From positions 34,100,001 through 34,164,000 of the forward strand of contig CM052827.1 in assembly GCA_028534125.1 (NCBI GenBank): a DNA stretch of 64,000 nucleotides, in the 5' to 3' direction. Source of the DNA: Lama glama. Its lineage: Eukaryota. This document shows, in pieces, positions 35,701-49,359 of this stretch (position 1 is its first letter; each line of letters begins with the position of its first letter). The notes beneath the pieces are model-generated. The model ran no database searches and was not told the DNA's origin. It saw only the letters and a program-made list of their open reading frames with translations. The translations under genes and the position numbers were made by a program.

Positions 35701-38700
35701 TTTTCATTTTCCCAAAGGCATAAGTTCGCCTGGGTGTTAAGTGAGAGAGGTGAAATGGTGTGGGGTGGCCTGGAGTCAGGCAACCTAGAGAAGGCCAGCT
35801 ATGGCAAGGAGCTCCTGAAAGGCTGGTCTATGCCCATGTCTGGCTCCCAGGTCCACTGGCCCACACCACCTGAGTGATCCTCTCAGCCACAGATGCTGAG
35901 CTTTTGTTTCACATGCACAGGCCTCTGGAGGAAGGACACTAATAAAAGTTGGAGCTCACTTCAATGGGAGGAAAGCAGTTTTAAGACCCCCAGAGGCTGC
36001 TGTTCCCAGTGAGATTAAGCCAGGTCAGGCTGGATCCTGGCTGGAGCATCTTGCCAGCTACATGGTACCTAGAATCAAAGCTATGGAAATACCTTTGTCC
36101 TATGGATGGGCTCACAATCATGCCTCATTTGGGGCTGTGATCCATGCTGTTCTCAGCACAAAGCCTCATTTCCCTGCAGCTCACAGAAACAAGACCAAGC
36201 AACCCAGGCCAAGAGCAGAGTTGATCCATTCTATACCCATGCCCAGAAGAACCAAGAGGCTTGGGCCAGGCAGTAAGTGGCAGGAGCAGTAGCATGCATC
36301 CAAGCTGGTCCTGTATAGAACCCCTGACCCCCTCACCCACCCTGCTCAAGGGCCTGATGGGACACGTGCAGGGAAAGCAGTAATATGCCAGACTGAGCGT
36401 GATAAGCACTGAGGATGTGAGTCAGTCCCTGGGAGAGGGTGGTCACCTGCTCAGGGAGTCCCAAAGCAGAGGCTAGGTGGAGGAATGGGGGTGACAGGGA
36501 GGCAGGAAGCCTGGGCCAGGCCTGAGGGATAACATTCCAGGACCCTGATTTCCCCCAAACCTTGCCACATGGATCCAGCCTGGAGCTTAAAGTATTGAGG
36601 GTCGGGGGAAATGGGTGAGCTATAACCTGTCAGCCTTGGGGCCTTGTCTGCTGGGTCATGGGTTGCAGCTCACCCATATTCCTCAACTCTCAACCCTTAA
36701 TTTCCAAGCTAGATACCATGGACAAGGCCTGGGGGAATGGCAAGGGCCCCAGAAACAGGGCTTCTTTCACCTGTCTCCTCATTCCTGAGTTGGGGGCTGG
36801 GTATGCAGAAGAACAGCATAGGCCTCCTTCAGTGAACAAATGAAAGAAAGAATCCAAATATGTAGAGTGACTAAACAGTAGAAGGCAACGTGAGTGTCAG
36901 GAGACCATAAGCAAGGCCTTGGGCTTCACCTGGACCCAGTTTCCCAGGTAAAATAAGAAGGGTGGCTAAGGTTACCTCCAGGGGCCTGACCAGCTCTGAC
37001 ACTCCCTACTTGGTCAGGCCTGAATCACATTGACTCCCTGCAGCCCCAGTCCCTGAGGGCCACTCAGGGCCTTGGGTGAGTCCAGAGGCCTTGGTACCCA
37101 TGAAGCAACCCTGGCAGAACTGACAGCAGGTGCAGGGGAGGCCCGGAGCTGTGGAGCAGCGGCGGGCAGGAAAGGCCAAGTTGCAGCAGTGAAGACACCA
37201 CAGATGACTCCTCAGAGGGGAAAGCCCCATCCGCCAGCCAAACATGAAGCCTCAGCTGAGGTCAAAGCCTGAAAACCATTGCCTGAATGGCCAAGAGGGG
37301 GACAAGGTCTGGCGTAGGGCCAGGCCACAGTTGTCCAGGAAAGCAGTGCCCGGCACCCAGTCAGGGCTATTTCTCCACACACCCCTCCCCCAGCCACAAG
37401 TCTGCCTGCCACCCTTCAGGACCACCCACACTCACATGGGGGCAGCCCCACCCCAGCCCTTCAAGCTGCAGGGTGCTGGATACAGACAGGCAGAGCAGAC
37501 AACAGGTTATACAACAGCAGCTGAGCCTACCAAGTGGCCCTTCAGGGTCCTGATTTTCGTGCCTCTAAAAGAGGACAAAGGCCAATATTCCTGGGCAGGA
37601 TAGATTTTTTTTTTAGTCAGCTAAGGTGTAGGTGTTGGAATTAGGCAGAAGCCAGGGAGGTCAGTGGAAAGACTCCTCTAAATTGGGGTGAAGGGTAGAG
37701 GAAGAGAACAGTCAATTATCTGATAACATGTATATCTACAGCCTAGAGAGTTTGCGGTGCCTAGTTTGAGCCTCTCCCAGAGTCACCCGACACACTCGTG
37801 CCTATATGTGCCACATGTACCCTTACATGACCCCTAAAGTGCTGAAGGAGTTTGGGAGGACAGGAGGTTATCCTGAGGATGAATTTTCCCTCTCCTGAAG
37901 AGACCAGAGCAGCAGGACCAGAGTGGAGACCACCTGGGGAAGGGTGGTGCTTCTGGGAGCCTGGGAAGCATGGCCCTGATCCCCTGGGCAGCCTCAAGCT
38001 CCTACCTGCAGCCCACAAGACCCTTGGTTCATAGCTAGCACATTGTGCTGTAGCTGCTGGTCCAAGTCTGAGAGCTGCCAAAAAGACCCAGGTGGGGGTA
38101 AATGAGGACAGTGTGGTGGTCAAGGCTGGAGCAGCCTGAACTGGGCACTAAATGGAGAGCATCAGGGAATGTTCCCTGACCTTCCCCTTCCTGACCCAGG
38201 AAGCTAGGACACAGCAAAGTGAAGGTGGGAAGAGATGGACAGACGGGAGACACTGAGCCAGAAGCCCTACTTAATCTGGGCAGGCCAACTGGGACTTGGG
38301 TGAGGGAAGTAGAGCCCAGGGCAGAATCCCAAGGGACAGTGCTGAGCTGAGAAGCAGAGATGCACCAGTTGGTCTAGCCACACCCCCTACCCTGGCTCTG
38401 AGGCAGCCGAATAGTTCTGGTGCACCCTCTTGTGGCCAAAGGGAGGATGGCACTGTCAACAACCATAGGCTCTGCTCTGGCTTCCTAGGATTTAATCACA
38501 GCCTCAGATTCCTGGTCTGCATTCCCCCAGTCATTGATCCTTGGAAGAAGAAGCTGCAGACACCTGCAGAGCCATGCAGGAATGTGTCATAAAGAACAAG
38601 AATAGACCTGAGGTGGATGTGAGCCTGGGAAAGCCAGAATGAAGACAAGGTGAGGTTGAGTCTAGTCATGAGGGACTGGTCTGTCCTGCATCAATGAAGA

Positions 38701-40199
38701 CAGAGCCTTCTGAGGATGGGCATCCTCAACCCTCTACATTCTTATTCTCTAGTTCAGCTAGACCCTCCCAAATCTCCAAACTCCTTTATCCCCCGTCTCT
38801 AATGCCTAATGCTGTATCTTTTTTAAAAAGCAAGTGCTTCATAACACAGAAACTGGACAATCTATGACATGGTGCACCCCTCCAGGATGGGGCATTTAGC
38901 TTCTCCTCCCCAGGACCCCACAGACGAGCCCCCTGCCAGTACTAATAGAGTTGTCACTCATCCAATCATACAAATATCTATTGGGCACTCACTCTGGCTA
39001 GGCACTGTGCTGTTGAGTCCTAATAACCAGCAAGTGATTTCCGTTTCATTTTATAGGTGCGCAACTCAGCTTCAAGGCATTAAATCACATGCATAGTGTC
39101 ACACAGTTGGTCAGAAAAGGAGCCCAGTCTGCCTGATGCTTGGCCTCATAGAGAACTCAAGAAAAGTCCTGGTGACCCAAAGACACCCTAGGGTCCGGAC
39201 CTTGAGCAGGCACAGGTGATTTACAAGACAGATCATCATGTCCTCACATCTGTTCATTCTTGATGCCAACCCTTCTAACAAGCTGGAGTGCATCTGACAG
39301 CTGAGTCCAAAGCACAAGAACAGCTGCAGGTTAGAAAAGGAGTCTAGGGTGCTGTAGCAGGCACTCAGATCACAGGGGGCCAGGGACAAACTACTGGAGG
39401 TAGACCAGGGCCCTCAAGGACAGTGGTTCGGTTCCATCTCATTTCAAGTCTTACAGCCCTAATTTGGGAGAAGCTCTGCTATGTTCAGTGTGTGCTGCAA
39501 AGAAAGCAAGAAAGTGAGACTAACACATTCCAGAAGGGTTCTATGCAAAATGTTTCAAATTTCGGTCTTTCCCACTCTGCCATCCAGAAAGTCTCATCTT
39601 CAAGGGTCCTGGATGGCTGACATTTGCCTGTGCTGAGGTCACCTCAAAAGACCATAAGCATAGCTTTAGGCACTGGCTCCATCTCAGAAAGCAGGCCCAA
39701 GAAATCACTGAGTAATTCCAAAGACAAACATGTTATCACTCACCAGAGCAAGTCTTGACATAATCTCCTGGGGCAGGGCTTGTGAAACAGGGGTTATCAG
39801 TTCCTGTGTGGATTATCTTGACCATAAATAGCTTCCCAGATAAGATCAGGCTAGAGAATATACCAGCACAAGATGTAATCGGTGAAGGGAAAGCAAGAGG
39901 TAGGGAGGGGAAGAAGGAGGGAAGGGGCAGGTGAGAGGTGAGCAGGTGAGTTGTACCTGGACGGGACTTTGGGGCTCTGGTCTGAATGAAAAGAAGTGTC
40001 CAGCCTTAGCCTGGGCCCTCATGCATCCATGACTCTGAGTCTTTTTGTGTGAAGACAAGGGGTTTGGTGGGGGTTCCCTATGACTCAGATTAACCCTACG
40101 ATGCTTTGAACCAACAGGTGGAGGAACGCCTCAGGGTCAGCAGCAGGGGTCTTGACTTGGACAGCTGAGGGGTAAGAGTACTTTCTCTTTGCTTGCCTG

Positions 40200-40800
40200 A
40201 ATGTTCTAATTTCCTTTATTTTAGATATCTTTAGCACATGTTTAAGTCATTAAACACTTGTTCACTATAATACATTCAAATAATAGAAGAGTACTTAAAA
40301 TTAAAAACTCACATATTCCCCCTCCCAGCCTCTTCAATCCCTCTCCACAGAGACAGTCACTCTAGACAACTTGGTATCTACACTTCCAAACATGTTTCTC
40401 TGTGCACATTCCTCTGACATTCTACCAAAATGGGACTATGATACATGCAATGCTTTGCAACTTCTCACCTAACAAGATATTTCTAAATCAGTGTTTATGG
40501 AACGTTATACTTTGAGCACTCGAACAGTATTCCACTACTAGCACAGACCATGATTTTTTTAACCATACCCCTGTCAGTGGATACCCCGCTGGTTCTAATA
40601 GGTTGCTGTTATCAACTAGGCTGTGTGAACACCTCTGTACATGCCATCCTTTGCTAATTTAGGGGCTACGATCCCGTAAGTGGGTATGCAGGGTTGCACA
40701 GTACATATACATGCAATGTCTAAACAAGGTGGTAAAAACTTGTCCCCCAAAGGATCTACACCAAGTCACCCTTCCACCAGCTCTATTTTTGGAATTTTTC
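40200..40800 (-). mobile_element. Ancient L1 (L1M-type) 3' fragment
   Basis: AT-rich, with degenerate antisense L1M 3'-end motifs (ACAGTATTCCACT, TAGGTTGCTGTTATCAAC, CTTCCACCAGC). Confidence 0.55.
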
Positions 40801-42449
40801 TTAGAAATTATGTTTAGTTAAAAAGGAAATCAAAAAAGAAGAAAAGAAAGAAAGAAACCACCATACCCAGTTGTGCAGGAGGAGGCATGACGGGAATCTG
40901 GACGGGAATCTCTGGTTGTTGCTTTCCCAGCTCTGCTTGCCAAATTAGGCTCCAGGCCGGGTATCCTCATCAGGTCACGCTTGTGTCCACTTGGCCTGCC
41001 ATTAAGGCTGCTCTCCAGCCTCCCGGCAGGACTCGTGAACAGGACTAGGCTTCTAAGGAAGCTTGTCCTGGCTGCAAGCTGACAGATGGCAGGACATAGG
41101 CTGAGCACCGCCCGCCAGCATGCTGAAGACTTCCAGATTGGTATCTTTAGTGCTACTTCCCCCAGATCCACACAGCCACCTCTCAGATACTCTGAATTAG
41201 CATGTCTGAGGCAGAACACCTCCTCCTCCACCACTCTGTCCACACCCCAGACCTTCTCCTCCTCTGGCGGGCCTCATCCTAGAAGCAATTCCAGCACCAC
41301 TCAGTCATTTATGAGGCCAGAAGCCTGCCTTCTAACCCTTCTCACCCTCACACCTAAGGAAAACTGGCCCAATCTTATGGGTCACATCCCCTAAGCTGGC
41401 TGCTGACCCAGTCCTTCTGCCCTCATGCCACTCCTGCCCCAGTTCAGCCCATGTTCTCCTACCTGGAGAGCTGGAATAGCTGCCTGCCTCTAGCCTGGCT
41501 CCTCCTAAATGCATCCTCCAGAGCCCCAGACCAAGCTTCTAATTGCATCACGCCACCAACCCCACCCCTCCACGATCCCCTTCTTCTGCATCTACTGAGA
41601 GCAAGTCCAAGCCAGCACATGGCAGCAAACCCTCCCTCCAGTCTCTCCTAGCCTCCACCCCTGCTCTGGGGGCCCCACCCTCCTGCAGCAGCAGCCAGCT
41701 GGAGAGGAACAATCAAGTCACCACCAGTGATCCATGCCAGCTTATCAATCCTGGGCACTGGGAGGGCCTCCTCACACAGCAATGACATTGCCCAGGGCAG
41801 GCGGGACAACGTGGATCCTCAAACATTGAGGGAAAAACTTCAGGTGTGTATGGGGCCCAGGCTCTCATAGCTCAGAGACCCCAAGTAACTGTTCCCTTTG
41901 TTTTACAGTGCAACTCTCCGGTTACCACCTTCTGGATGCCCTTCTCCCAGTGCCTCCCAAGCTCCTCTCTCTTACTTGTGGTCACTGGACTGCCAGAACT
42001 GTGTCATCTCTTCTGACCGTCAGATTACATCTGACTCTGAGAAATTCTGGACTGAGGTAAGCCCGTCTTGCTATCCAAGTTGTAGTCACCTAATTTAACT
42101 AAATCAGCGTATTCTCCTCTGAGAAACGAAACATACAAAATGTTTCCAGGCAAGAGTGTAAATAGCAACTCTTAAGCAAGACATTTCCCACACACAGACC
42201 TTGACCTAACTCAAGAATCTCTTTTAATCATGACTCTCATCCTTTCTAAGCTACGTATCCTTCCAGGGCCTTCCATGAACCAGCCCTATGCACCTGTTCA
42301 CACTTAGCCCTGCACATCCCTGACTTGTGCACCACTCTCTTTCCAGTGCCCAAACTCCTTTGAGATGCTATGTAGTTTGACGTTTCTGAAACTCCTAACA
42401 CCGTTCTTCTTCCCATCTCCTTGACCTGGCTAAGTTTTGTGTGTGTAAC

Positions 42450-42625
42450 TGCTTTTTACTGATATATAATTCATACACCATACGATGTGTCCATCTGAAG
42501 TGTACAATTCAATGGTTTTTAGTATATTCGGAGTTGTGCAAGCATCACCACAATCAATTCTAGCACATTTTCATCACCCCAAAAAGAAGCCTACCCTTTA
42601 ACTCACTCCTCACATGCTCCCATTG
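42450..42625 (-). mobile_element. L1MB-like 3' end fragment
   Basis: TGAAGTGTACAATTCAATGGTTTTTAGTATATTC...CATTTTCATCACCCCAAAAAGAA, typical antisense L1MA/MB 3' end. Confidence 0.8.
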
Positions 42626-44329
42626 CCCCCAAATATAACCTGTGCCTACTAGACATTCAGTGCTGTTTGGTGTCCACCAGTCTGCCCATTAGGCACACGT
42701 GCCCCCAAGCAAGGCCTGTGTGATACGTTTTCGTTACGCACTCAAGACCCAGCATGGTGCCTGCCTCCCAAGAGTGACAGGAACGAATGACCACAGTGGG
42801 AGCAGCTGGCTTCTCTGACTGCTCACTCAGCACCAGGCCCTCTGCTTACACTACACTAACTTTTCAGGGAGATCCTATTAACACTCTCGCTGTGCACCTG
42901 AGGATAAACCACTTGCCCAAGATCGCAAAGCCAGTACGTGGCTGAGCTGGGATGAGTTCATCAGTGAGCTCTGCTCTGTCTGTACACTGTCTCCTCTGTT
43001 CTCATTAAGGTCACCAAGGACCTCTGAAGGGCAAAACCAAACAGACAGCCATCTGACTTTATTTCAGTCTCTTAGCCACATTTGGCATTCACCACCCCCT
43101 TCTTTTTCAGGTTCTTCCCTGGGGCTACCCATTTCTCAGGGGATGCCTTTGACTTCTGGCAGGACCATCTCTTGCCCTATCCCTGTTTAACAAAAGCTCT
43201 TCCTATAGGAAGGCCTCATCTCGGGCCTCTACTCTTATGACCCTATGCTCTCCCTTGGGGTCAGTGGCCACACTTCTACCCTACCCTGATTCTCCAAGCT
43301 CAAACCTCACATCTGAGCACCAAAAGCAGCCTCCACATCTTTATTTAAATGACTCACAGATCCCTCAAATCCCATCTTCTCACTCTTTCCCCAACCTGTT
43401 CCTGCTACATTCCACTATTATTTCACCCTGCTACCTACACAGTTGCCAAAGCCACAGATGAAGACGTCAGCCTTGACTCTTCATTCTTCCTCAGCCCCCT
43501 TATTCAACCCATCAATTCCTCTACCTATAATTCCCCCACCATGTTGTATTCCCTGCCAGTGCCTGAAGACAGGTTGCCATCATATTCTCTGGTCTGGATT
43601 ACTATAAAACCCAGCAGTCTGTTCTTCCCACCTCCAGTGTAGCCCCTACCTCCAAAACACTATTCAAACTGCAGGTACATTCTAAAGTACAAGCCCAGTA
43701 GTTTTAACCTCCCATCCCCTGCATTCAGGACAAAGCCCTTCCTGTGGTTTTTGCAATCCTTCAAAGTTGATCTCGTTCTAGCCACATTCCTGGCCACCTC
43801 ACAATTAGTGCTGAATAACATGCCACTCCTGGTGACACCACCTATATTTGCATTTGCAGTTTCATGTGACTGGTGATTGGCTAGGCCTAACCTGGAGTCT
43901 TACTTTCCTCTTTCTATATGAGATTGTCTCTTGTGAAATAATGTTGAGATGCAGAAGGAAATGTCGTAATGACCAGGAGACAAGTGATTCAAGATAGAGA
44001 GGAATAAAGTGTTCTGGAAGACAATCAGTACATCACACATGTGAGCTCTTCAACCATGGTCCCTGAACATCTCACTCACTGGCTGAGGAAAACAGTCCTT
44101 GGGACCATTGAGCTCACGTGGAAGTTGAGAATATCACAAGGCTCCTCCTCCTGAATGCTAATTATCGTTCTTTACAACAGGAAGGAGACGTACTGAATGG
44201 CCCAAGTGTCAGGTAGAGCGCCCATTCCAAATTAGGAACTGGCATCTGGTACCCATCAGTTGATTTGCAGCTACATAATCTAGCAAGCCATATGCTTTTC
44301 TGTATTTTCCAAGTTTTTGAGCAGGAAGA

Positions 44330-45690
44330 GAGCTAATTCGTAGAAAAAAATCCTAGAAACAAAGACCAACTCAGCAACAATGAGAAACCCCTGGATTCAG
44401 ATTATGGTCTCTAAATATCATTTTCCAATAAAAAGAACCAGGTTCCCCAAGAGAAATGATGACTTTAAATCTGGGTCAGGAAATATACAAGATGAGATTA
44501 GAACATACTGTCATCTCAGTAATAAGAAAGGCTACACGGTTATGTTAAACAAAAAAAAAGTCAGCAGCCTATTGTATAAGCTACCACTAGCCAAGGGACA
44601 ATTTGAGCAACAATAAAGTTAACAAGTGGAAGCACAACAAATAAGTTAAAACCCACAAGTGCATTATGATACTAAAGAAACAGAAGAACAAACTGTATTA
44701 GTCAACTTTAAAGGATGATGGAATACCAACTCATTATTTTGAAAGCTAGTAAATACGGGAATCAAGCATTTATCCTGCCTCTCCTATACAGACTATATTT
44801 CAGGGTAACCAAGTAGCTGATTACTGGTAATTTCCAGGTATAGAAGTTTTCAAGCCAGCAATTGCAGAAGGAAACATAAAATTAAAATATTACCATTCTG
44901 CAACTTCTAATAACATAATGGTTCTAGGCAACAAATGTCAATGATTCCTAAGTCATAAAAAGAGAAACAACTAGACAAAAACAACTCCCAATAGAAGTAC
45001 AAAGGTCATCTATTAAATATTCTTTTTTAAAAAATGGAATCAGAATCTAATGAAGTCTCTATATCTAACTACCAGTTTACAGGAAAAACAAGAGACAGAG
45101 GAACATGTTAAACTATACAGCAGGGATATAATCAGCAAAATTGAGATGGAGGGAAAATCTATCAATCAAATGACCCAGCTTCATCAATAAATAAAAGGAA
45201 AAGTGAGACAAACAACCTATAAATTGAAAGACTTGCAATAGCATCAATCAATTGAAATATATGGATCATAACTGGATCCTGATTGAAACTAGGAAATCAT
45301 ATTAAAAAATCATTAGGAACGCCTTCTCAGCACAGTGGGCAGCGAGTCAATCTCATAAAAAAATCATTAGGGACAATCAGAGAAATCTGAACACTAAATG
45401 GGTATTTGACGACATCAACAAATTGTTTCTTTTAAAGAAGGAGTAACAGTATTGTGGTTATGTAAAAAAGTCAGGATCTTTTTCAGAGACATCAAAACAT
45501 TTACAGCTGAAATGATATGCTGTCTACGATTTACTTCAAAGTAATTTGAGAGTGGGGAGATAAGTGGAATTATTGAAACAAGGTTGATAATTATAACAAG
45601 AATTGATTATTGTTGTAGTTAGGTGACTATTTCTGGGTTCATTATACTATTCCCTCTAATTTGTATATGCTTAATGAACTCCATAATAAA
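44330..45690 (+). mobile_element. Ancient L1 (L1MC/ME-type) 3' UTR region
   Basis: Long A-rich degenerate segment with L1MC-like motifs (GAAATGATATGCTGTCTACGATTTACTTCAAA; GGGTTCATTATACTATT). Confidence 0.7.
45321..45358 (+). pseudogene. Tailless retrocopy of the 5' half of elongator tRNA-Met(CAT)
   Basis: GCCTTCTCAGCACAGTGGGCAGCGAGTCAATCTCATAA resembles tRNA-Met positions 1-38; flanked by the 14-bp direct repeat AAAAAATCATTAGG. Confidence 0.8.
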
Positions 45691-45693
45691 CAG

Positions 45694-45819
45694 GGTTTTT
45701 TTGGGGGGGTAGTAATTAGGTTCATCTATTTATTTTTGGAAGAGGTACTAGGGATTGAACCCAGGACCTTGTGCATGCTAGGCATGCACTCTACCACTTG
45801 AGGTATATCCCTGCCCCCA
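45694..45819 (-). mobile_element. tRNA-Ala-derived SINE (camelid Vic-1-like)
   Basis: tRNA-Ala-like head (GGTAGAGTGCATGCCTAGCATGCACAAGGTCCTGGGTTCAATCCCTAGTACC), AACCTAATTAC tail; TSD ATAATAAACAG at 45683-45693 and 45820-45830. Confidence 0.85.
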
Positions 45820-46609
45820 ATAATAAACAGTTTTAAAGAGAAAACAGGAAGGAGGAAATTCTGGAGGACAGAGATGGAGCCTCACCCACACCTGAGTTCC
45901 CAGCAGCCAGTCAGACAAATTAATAGCAGTGCTTTTAGGCTGAAGTCAGGGTCAAAACTGAAGTTAGGCTCAGAACTATGGTAATACCTTGAAAATACTT
46001 GCCTGGCTTTCTTATGAGGCACAGGAGTTGGCACACAGTAGGCCTTGGGGAAGTGTTTTTTGAATGAGCAATGAACGCTTGAACATCGAAGTAGTCCTAT
46101 ATATGTTCCTTGAGATCTGAAATATATTCACTCAGTCACATCCAACCACCTCAAATCTGTCAGGCCTCTGTGAAAGGGATGATCCATACCATCACTCTCT
46201 CTGACCCCACACCCAGTGCTACAGAGCCAGGGGCTTCCTCCCCTGGGCTCAGCCTGATTTTTTTAAACCAAGGGTCTGGGTTCCCAGAAGATTTGTACTC
46301 TCATCCCTCACACTCTACTACTCGGGGCTCCTTTTGGTCCCACTGACTGGCCCAAATATTGCTTTTGCATGCTGGTGTCTTTGCCAGAAATGCTCTCCCC
46401 ACCCTCCAACCCCTACCCCAGGCCCCAGCTCTCCACACAGCTGGCTCCTCGTTGTTCACACCTCAGCTCCAACATTTTCTCCTCAGCAGGGCCTTAGCCA
46501 GCCATGCTCTAAAGAAAGTTCCTCTGTGATTCTCTATCACTTCTCCACTGTCTCTTTCACAGATACCACCCTTAATATGTAATTATTTATTTCGTTTGCT
46601 TTAAAATAA

Positions 46610-46795
46610 CAGGAACAGCAGCTAACACACTGAGTCAGCACTATGTGCCAAGCTCATGCTAAGTGTTGTACAGGGATTATCCTGTTTAACTTTCATAATC
46701 ACCCCACCAGTAAAAAAAAATATGTATCATTTAATTTATTATTATTGCCATTTTACAGATGATGAAACTCAGTACGGAGAGGTTACATGGCCACA
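46610..46795 (-). mobile_element. MIR relic
   Basis: CACTATGTGCCAAG...CCATTTTACAGATGATGAAACTCAGTACGGAGAGGTTA. Confidence 0.7.
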
Positions 46796-47914
46796 GAGCC
46801 ATGAAGGAACCCCATGTTTGTAACTGATCTCTTAATGCCGTCCCCTGGCCCCAATGACCTCCACCTCCAGTGAAGGTCAAGAGAATATCATTCAACGAAG
46901 TATCTCAGATCCTATCGCAGTGCCCAGCATAAAAAAAGGTGCTCCAAAAGTATATGTAGAATGAATGAAAACATTTAAAGTAACACTGTATGATTTCTCT
47001 TTGTATATCTCTGACTCCACTTCCCCACAAGTCCCTAGTACACGACCCAGCTTCCAGAAGGTACTCAACACATCCCAAAACACTCGGGGTCCGAAAGAGC
47101 TTTTGTTACCACCCAGCTCTGTCCCCTCAGTTCACCAAAGGGGTAGGACTTCTCCAGGTTCTTTCTCCTACCTCTGAGAAGAGATAATCACGCAAGATGG
47201 ACCATGGAGGACACATGGACTTCAGAGGTCCTAAGAGACTGAGTTCTAACGGAAGAGGTCAGTAGCAGATGCCCTGATGGAGTGGAATCCAGGAAGGAAG
47301 GCTAGGGTGCGGTGGAGGGTCTATATGTACTTGCCCAAGCTTGCAGAACAAATAAACACCCTCCACCCAATGCCCTGCATCTTCTGGAAACTGTCCCACA
47401 TTTAAACATGCTCTTTGGAAATCTCATCACCTCAGGACACACCTCCAGATCTCACTAGGGACCACAGGCTTCTTTGGTCTCCTCTTCCTTCCTCCTCCCA
47501 CCTCCTCTTTCCCTTTTTCCTAAAGATAAAGAGGCAAAAACACCTGGCAACAAAGGCCTGGAGGCCAGGCCTCTGGTGTCACCTTCAGAAGCAGAGAAGG
47601 CCTTTCTGTAGAGGACAAGTAGGGTTTCTGGGCACTCCTTCCTGCCTCCAGTTATCTTCGGTGCTGGAGAGTCCTGAGCATAGAGTCCCAATAAACTCAA
47701 ACTCTATGTTGGGAAACTTCTAGGAAAGCAGCACAGAAAAACCCCACAGGAGCTGCAATTGGGTTGAAGAGGACAACAGTCTAGCCTGGCATGGCCACAA
47801 AGGGGTTCTAAGGTAGGATAGAATTGGGCCTGGGCCTTGAAAGTTGAGAATCACTGGGTTTCATGGGGATGAGAAGGAAACAGGAAATGGCTAGTGCAAA
47901 TAACACCAAAAATG

Positions 47915-48130
47915 AGCTAACAGTTACCTAGCATTTACTCTGTGCTTGGTGCTGAGTTAAGTGTTTCACACGCAATAACCTGTTGACATCTCACAACCTT
48001 GTGAGATAAGTGCTGTTAATATATCAAATGAAGCACCCAAGGCCCAGAAGCACTAAATAACTTGTCAATTCAGTAATTGGTGGGGCTGGGATTCAAAGTC
48101 AGATGTGAAAGTCCAAAGTCCACCACACTA
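47915..48130 (-). mobile_element. MIR relic
   Basis: AGCATTTACTCTGTGCTTGGTGCTG...TCTCACAACCTTGTGAGATAAG...GCTGGGATTCAAA. Confidence 0.65.
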
Positions 48131-49359
48131 TGTGCACCAAGAGCTGAGGGATGGCTTGTGTGAGGGAAAGGAATGTGTGTGAACCCCTGAATGTCAAACT
48201 AAAGGTCTGGATGGTGATCCCCAAGGGGGACCATGTGCTGAGCAGTGCTGTAGAAAGAATGGCCTAACATATTTGTGGCGGATGATGGAGAGTCTACTGG
48301 GAAGATGGGAATCCTGTGCCCCCAGAAGCTCTACAGTGGTGGGGTAGGGGGGCCGCAGCAAAAGTGAGGAAAGCCTAGAAAAAGAAAGAGTCTACCAAAT
48401 TGCCAGTTGGTAATCAATGGCGTTCACCTTCAGATTTAAGCAAATAAAGATCTTCCTCCAGTCCCAGTCCATCCACAAAACTCCCATTAAATACCAACCG
48501 TGTACCAGGCCCTGCCCTGCTTCTCCTCCTTTTGCTACAGTGGATTCAATCAGGTTGCTGGCAAGTTTCTACAATCCAGCACCTTAAAGTGCTCTCCTCT
48601 CCTTCCCGACCTCCACTCTCATAAGGGAGGTGAGTGACTTTTCTTCCACATTTATGTTAAAACCATAGAGTTCACAACCGTATTTTAACTTAAGTTTTTA
48701 AGTTTAAAGGTATTTATTTTCACAATACTGGTCTATTCTGCAAAATACACACTGTTTTTTTTAATTGAGCTCACTTTTAACCTTAGTAGTTTATGATGAG
48801 AAAATGTTCTCCCAAAAGTGAATCCTTTGGCTGTCTTCCCCCTTCAGCTACCAACCAGGATGCTAGCAGTACCTCTGTTCAGGATATCACATAGAGGTCA
48901 GGGATGGGAACTCACAGCCCAGCCACTGTGACCTTCACTACAACCTCTGGGAGGGAGAGGAGAGAAAGCAAAGACTGGAACCAGGGACATGTTTAATTCT
49001 GTAAATTTGATGCTGTGCCTCAGGGAGTCAATCCCACTTTAGAACTGTGTATCCTGAAAAGAAAGGGGAACTCAGCTTCTTACCATTCTTGCACTAAAAA
49101 AAACCCCTGTCCCAACAGGCATCCTCATCGGAGGGGAGGGGGGAAAATATTGCCAAAAACATGTGAACTCTCAGACATTCAGGGCCACTCCCTTGATCTC
49201 CCAACCACTGCCTTCAGGAGGCTACTCAGCCAGTGGTTCCGCGATGGGAGGAAACTCTCGCTAAACTGGCTCAGCAATTCCCCAGAAAGACTCACTCTGC
49301 AGACCAACGCAATGATCCTAAAGGTCTTGGTGTATGTGTTGGGAAGAAAAGCAGGGCAC

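Noticed and set aside
38879-38900. 16-nt identity (CCTCCAGGATGGGGCA) with the end of ATP6V0D1 exon 5 (12549-12564)
   Set aside because: Similarity does not extend into an exon-like frame or matching splice sites, so it is probably chance.
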